Assembly: GCA_963716855.1 (NCBI GenBank)
Contig: CAVQUV010000020.1
Span: forward strand, 77,271 to 141,270
Source of the DNA: an uncultured beta proteobacterium
GTDB lineage: Bacteria; Pseudomonadota; Gammaproteobacteria; Burkholderiales; SG8-39
Length of the DNA stretch: 64,000 nt
Direction of reading: 5' to 3'
Both the position numbers and the translations under genes were made by a program. Positions 61,205 through 64,000 of the stretch are shown here, piece after piece (the stretch's first letter is position 1; each line of letters opens with the position of its first letter). Below the pieces are notes generated by a model. That model did no database searches. It saw only the letters and a program-made list of their open reading frames with translations, and had not been told where the DNA came from.

Positions 61205-63285
61205 ATGGCCACCCAAACGCAAGACCAGTTCAAGGCGATGCTGAAGAAGGTGTACAGCCTGTACACCGGCGGCTTCATCGTGTTCCTCATCCTGCTCGCG
61301 ATCGCCGAGCAGATGGGCCTGACGCGGCAGTGGATCGGGTACATCTTCCTGCTCGCGACCGTCGGTCTGTACGCGGGCATCGGCGTCGTGAGCCGCACCG
61401 CGGACATCGCCGAGTACTACGTGGCCGGACGGCGCGTGCCCGCGTTCTTCAACGGCATGGCGACCGGCGCCGACTGGATGAGCGCCGCGTCGTTCATCGG
61501 TATGGCCGGCACGCTCTATCTCACCGGGTACTTCGGCCTGTCCTTCATCATGGGCTGGACCGGCGGCTACTGCCTGGTGGCGTTCCTCCTCGCACCGTAC
61601 TTGCGGAAGTTCGGGCAGTTCACGATCCCTGACTTTCTGGGCGCGCGCTACGAGGGCCACATCCCGCGCTTCGTCGGCATTCTGTGCGCGATCCTGTGCT
61701 CGTTCACCTATGTGGTGGCGCAGATCTACGGCGTCGGACTCGTCACGACTCGCCTCACCGGCGTCGCGTTCGAGCTGGGGATCTTCCTCGGGCTTGGCGG
61801 CATCCTGGTGTGCAGCTTCCTCGGCGGGATGCGCGCGGTGACCTGGACCCAGGTCGCCCAGTACATCGTGCTGATCGTGGCCTACATGATCCCGGTCGTG
61901 TGGATGTCGGTGAAGCACACCGGCTTCCCGATTCCGCAGCTCGTGTACGGCAAGGTCCTTGAGAAAGTCACTGCGAAGGAAGCGGAGTTCATCAAGGATC
62001 CCAAGGAGCTCGAGGTCCGCAAGATCTTCGCCGACCGCGCCGCCGCCGCAAACGCCAAGCTGAAGGGCCTGCCCAAGTCATACGACGACGGAAAAGGCCA
62101 AGCTCGTCCAGGCAGTCGAAGACCTGAAGGCGCAGAATGCGCCGGCCGACCAGATCGCGGCGGCGTCGCTCGCGGTCGAGAAGTTCCCGAAGAGCGTGGA
62201 CGAGGCCAAGGGCGTCTGGACACGCGAAGCGGGCCTCGCAGCCCGCGCCGGACCGCCGTTGCGGCACGCCGAGGCGTTCCCCGGCGCCACCGACGCGGCA
62301 CGGGACATCAATCGGCGCAACTTTCTCGCGTTGATCTTCTGCCTGATGGTGGGCACGGCCGCGCTGCCGCACATCCTGATGCGCTACTACACGACGCCGA
62401 GCGTGCAGGAGGCGCGGGTGTCGGTGACGTGGTCGCTGTTCTTCATCTTCCTGCTGTACTTCACGGCGCCAGCGCTCGCGGTGCTCGCGAAGTTCGACGT
62501 GTACACGCTCCTTGTCGGCTCGGAGTTCGCGAAGCTGCCTGGCTGGGTGGCGGCATGGACGAAGGTGGACCCGTCGCTGCTCTCCGTTGTCGACGTGAAC
62601 CGCGACGGGATCGTGCAGCTCGCGGAGATCGCGATCGGTGGCGACATCATCGTCCTCGCGACGCCGGAGATCGCGGGCCTGCCGTACGTGATCTCGGGCC
62701 TGGTCGCGGCGGGGGGCCTCGCGGCTGCGCTGTCCACCGCGGACGGGTTGCTGCTGACGATCGCAAACGCGCTCTCGCACGACCTGTACTACAAGATGAT
62801 CGACCCGCACGCCTCCACGCAGAAGCGCGTGACGATCTCGAAGGTCCTGCTGCTGGTCGTGGCGCTGATCGCGGCCTACGTCGCGAGCCAGAAGCCGGCC
62901 GACATCCTGTTCCTGGTGAGCGCGGCGTTCTCCTTCGCCGCTGCGGCGTTCTTCCCTGCGCTGGTGCTCGGCATCTTCTGGAAGCGGGCGAACAAGTGGG
63001 GCGCGACACTGGGGATGCTCGCGGGCATTGGTGTCACCGTGTACTACATGGTGACGACCCAGCCGTGGATGCGGGGTCTGTTCGGGGTGACGATCGCCGA
63101 TCGTCGACCATATCTGGTGGGACATCCAGCCCATCTCGGCGGGCATCTTCGGCGTGCCGCTCGGTTTCGCGGTGATCGTCATCGTGAGCCTGCTCACGCC
63201 GGCGCCGGCGAAGGAAGTGCAGGAACTGGTGGACCACGTGCGCTTCCCGCATCTGCGCGGGGACATCGACACGACCGGCACCTGA
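61205..63285 (+). pseudogene. Sodium:solute symporter family protein (large subunit, ActP/VC_2705-like), two extra bases (about 62090 and 63091-63100)
   Basis: Frame 2 runs from ATG 61205 to ..KSYDD. Frame 0 reads EKAKLVQAVEDLKAQ..LPHILMRYYTTPSVQEAR..FGVT. Frame 1 reads ..HIWWDIQPISAGIFGVPLGFAVIVIVSLLTPAPAKEVQELVDHVRFPHLRGDIDTTGT* to TGA 63283-63285. Confidence 0.8.
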
Positions 63286-63302
63286 GGCGCGTCGCAACGG
63301 AC

Positions 63303-63336
63303 AAGGCCCGCGAGGGAATCGCGGGCCTTGTTTTTT
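63303..63336 (+). terminator. Rho-independent terminator after the symporter gene
   Basis: AAGGCCCGCGA-gggaa-TCGCGGGCCTT (11-bp stem) followed by GTTTTTT. Confidence 0.85.
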
Positions 63337-63370
63337 CCGCCCGCTGCGGGCAAAGGCGGTGGCAGCGGCG

Positions 63371-63700
63371 ATGATGGAAATGGTCTTTCAGCTCGCAGGG
63401 ATCGCGCAGTTGCTTGCGACGCTCGCGCTGCTCTTCATGCTCGGGCAGGGCGTGCTGTACATTCTTGCCGGACGCAATCGCGATCGGAACTTTGCCTACC
63501 AGCTCTTCCAAGTCGCCACGCGACCGGTATTGCGCTTCACGCGCTGGATGACGCCGCGCGTGGTGGTCGATCGGCACATCCCGTTCGTCGCGTTCCTGCT
63601 TGTCGGTTGGATCTGGGTCATCCTGGCCGTTTGGGTCATTCCGGACCTCGCATGCAGCCTCGGCAAGACGGAGTGCACGACACTCGGGGCGCGCAAGTGA
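63371..63700 (+). CDS. Hypothetical small membrane protein
   Basis: ORF opens at GTG 63359, first ATG 63371; two hydrophobic helices (IAQLLATLALLFMLGQGVLYIL, FVAFLLVGWIWVILAVWVI); no family recognised. Confidence 0.5.
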   Translation: MMEMVFQLAGIAQLLATLALLFMLGQGVLYILAGRNRDRNFAYQLFQVATRPVLRFTRWMTPRVVVDRHIPFVAFLLVGWIWVILAVWVIPDLACSLGKTECTTLGARK

Positions 63701-63754
63701 GACGCGGCGCGTGGCGCCATAGAATCCGTTCTAGCGAAAGTGGAGGGTCTGCAT

Positions 63755-64000
63755 ATGAGAGTCATCTTCACGCTTCGAGCCGCAGTCGTCCTCTGCGTCG
63801 CCGCGCTGTTCCTCGCCGCTTGCAGCGGCGGTGGCACTTACGCCCGCGGGATGTTCACCGGGTACGTGATGGGCAAGACCGAAGAGGAAATCACCAGCAA
63901 GATCGGCAAGCCGGACAGCGTCGACCGCAGCACGCCCGACAAGCCGCGGATCGTCTACCTCAAGAAGACCTTCGACCCGGACAACGACAACAAGGTCGAC
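63755..64000 (+). CDS. Putative lipoprotein, 3' end outside window
   Basis: ATG 63755 after GGAGGG; MRVIFTLRAAVVLCVAALFLAAC with lipobox LAAC; frame open to end of window. Confidence 0.65.
   Translation, partial: MRVIFTLRAAVVLCVAALFLAACSGGGTYARGMFTGYVMGKTEEEITSKIGKPDSVDRSTPDKPRIVYLKKTFDPDNDNKVD

Overview
High-GC (about 68-70 % by eye) proteobacterial chromosome segment. Gene content and synteny look betaproteobacterial (recG-ubiA, ubiD, purE-purC-tsaC, groESL with CIRCE, sqr). I can support about 70 protein genes and one tRNA-Ala(CGC). I see no rRNA, CRISPR array, transposase, integrase or phage genes. All product names come from motif and family recognition by eye; no database search was possible.

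Layout:
- 1-17.2 kb: one co-directional, translationally coupled catabolic supercluster. It holds an ABC importer, two enolase-superfamily enzymes, a VOC protein, two Gfo/Idh/MocA dehydrogenases, a DUF993-like protein, a CoA-transferase/MaoC/crotonase trio, a TRAP transporter, a shikimate-dehydrogenase-like gene, a TIM-barrel isomerase/dehydratase-like gene and an SDR epimerase.
- 17.3-20.9 kb: class I aldolase, purE, purC, tsaC.
- 20.9-23.4 kb: two paralogous secreted proteins and a SapC-family protein.
- 23.5-28.6 kb: tRNA-Ala, then an fdrA / carbamate kinase / DUF2877 / DUF1116 cluster (the E. coli fdrA-ylbE-ylbF-ybcF type).
- 28.6-48.7 kb: marR-MFS, small DUF2188-like genes, recG, ubiA, an SDR, ubiD, an AT-rich island, membrane-protein pairs, slt, dacB, two J-domain (CbpA-like) genes plus cbpM, and a MacAB-like efflux system.
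- 48.8-56 kb: sqr, a Spy/ZraP-like chaperone, a DsrMK/HdrDE-like membrane redox pair, an LTXXQ-like triple-repeat protein, and groESL.
- 56-64 kb: an oxidoreductase, a two-component system, an unknown gene plus a Yip1-like gene, and a DUF4212 plus SSS symporter pair.

Observations most worth follow-up:
- A REP-like palindromic element family occurs at three loci. Its 3' arm is the Shine-Dalgarno sequence of maoC-like and purE.
- The unassigned 17-kb catabolic supercluster.
- A 16-nt poly-G tract inside the fdrA-type cluster.
- A 97-nt structured tandem repeat.
- An approximately 18-40 % GC non-coding island.
- A perfect sigma54 promoter in front of a 73-aa acidic protein.
- A duplicated MFS 3' end that differs only by synonymous changes.

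Caveat: at least 13 genes, including groEL, are interrupted by single-base frame changes, mostly apparent insertions, and these are densest at 59.9-63.1 kb. I read this as sequence or assembly indel error rather than gene decay, so every pseudogene label below means only 'not translatable in one frame as sequenced'.
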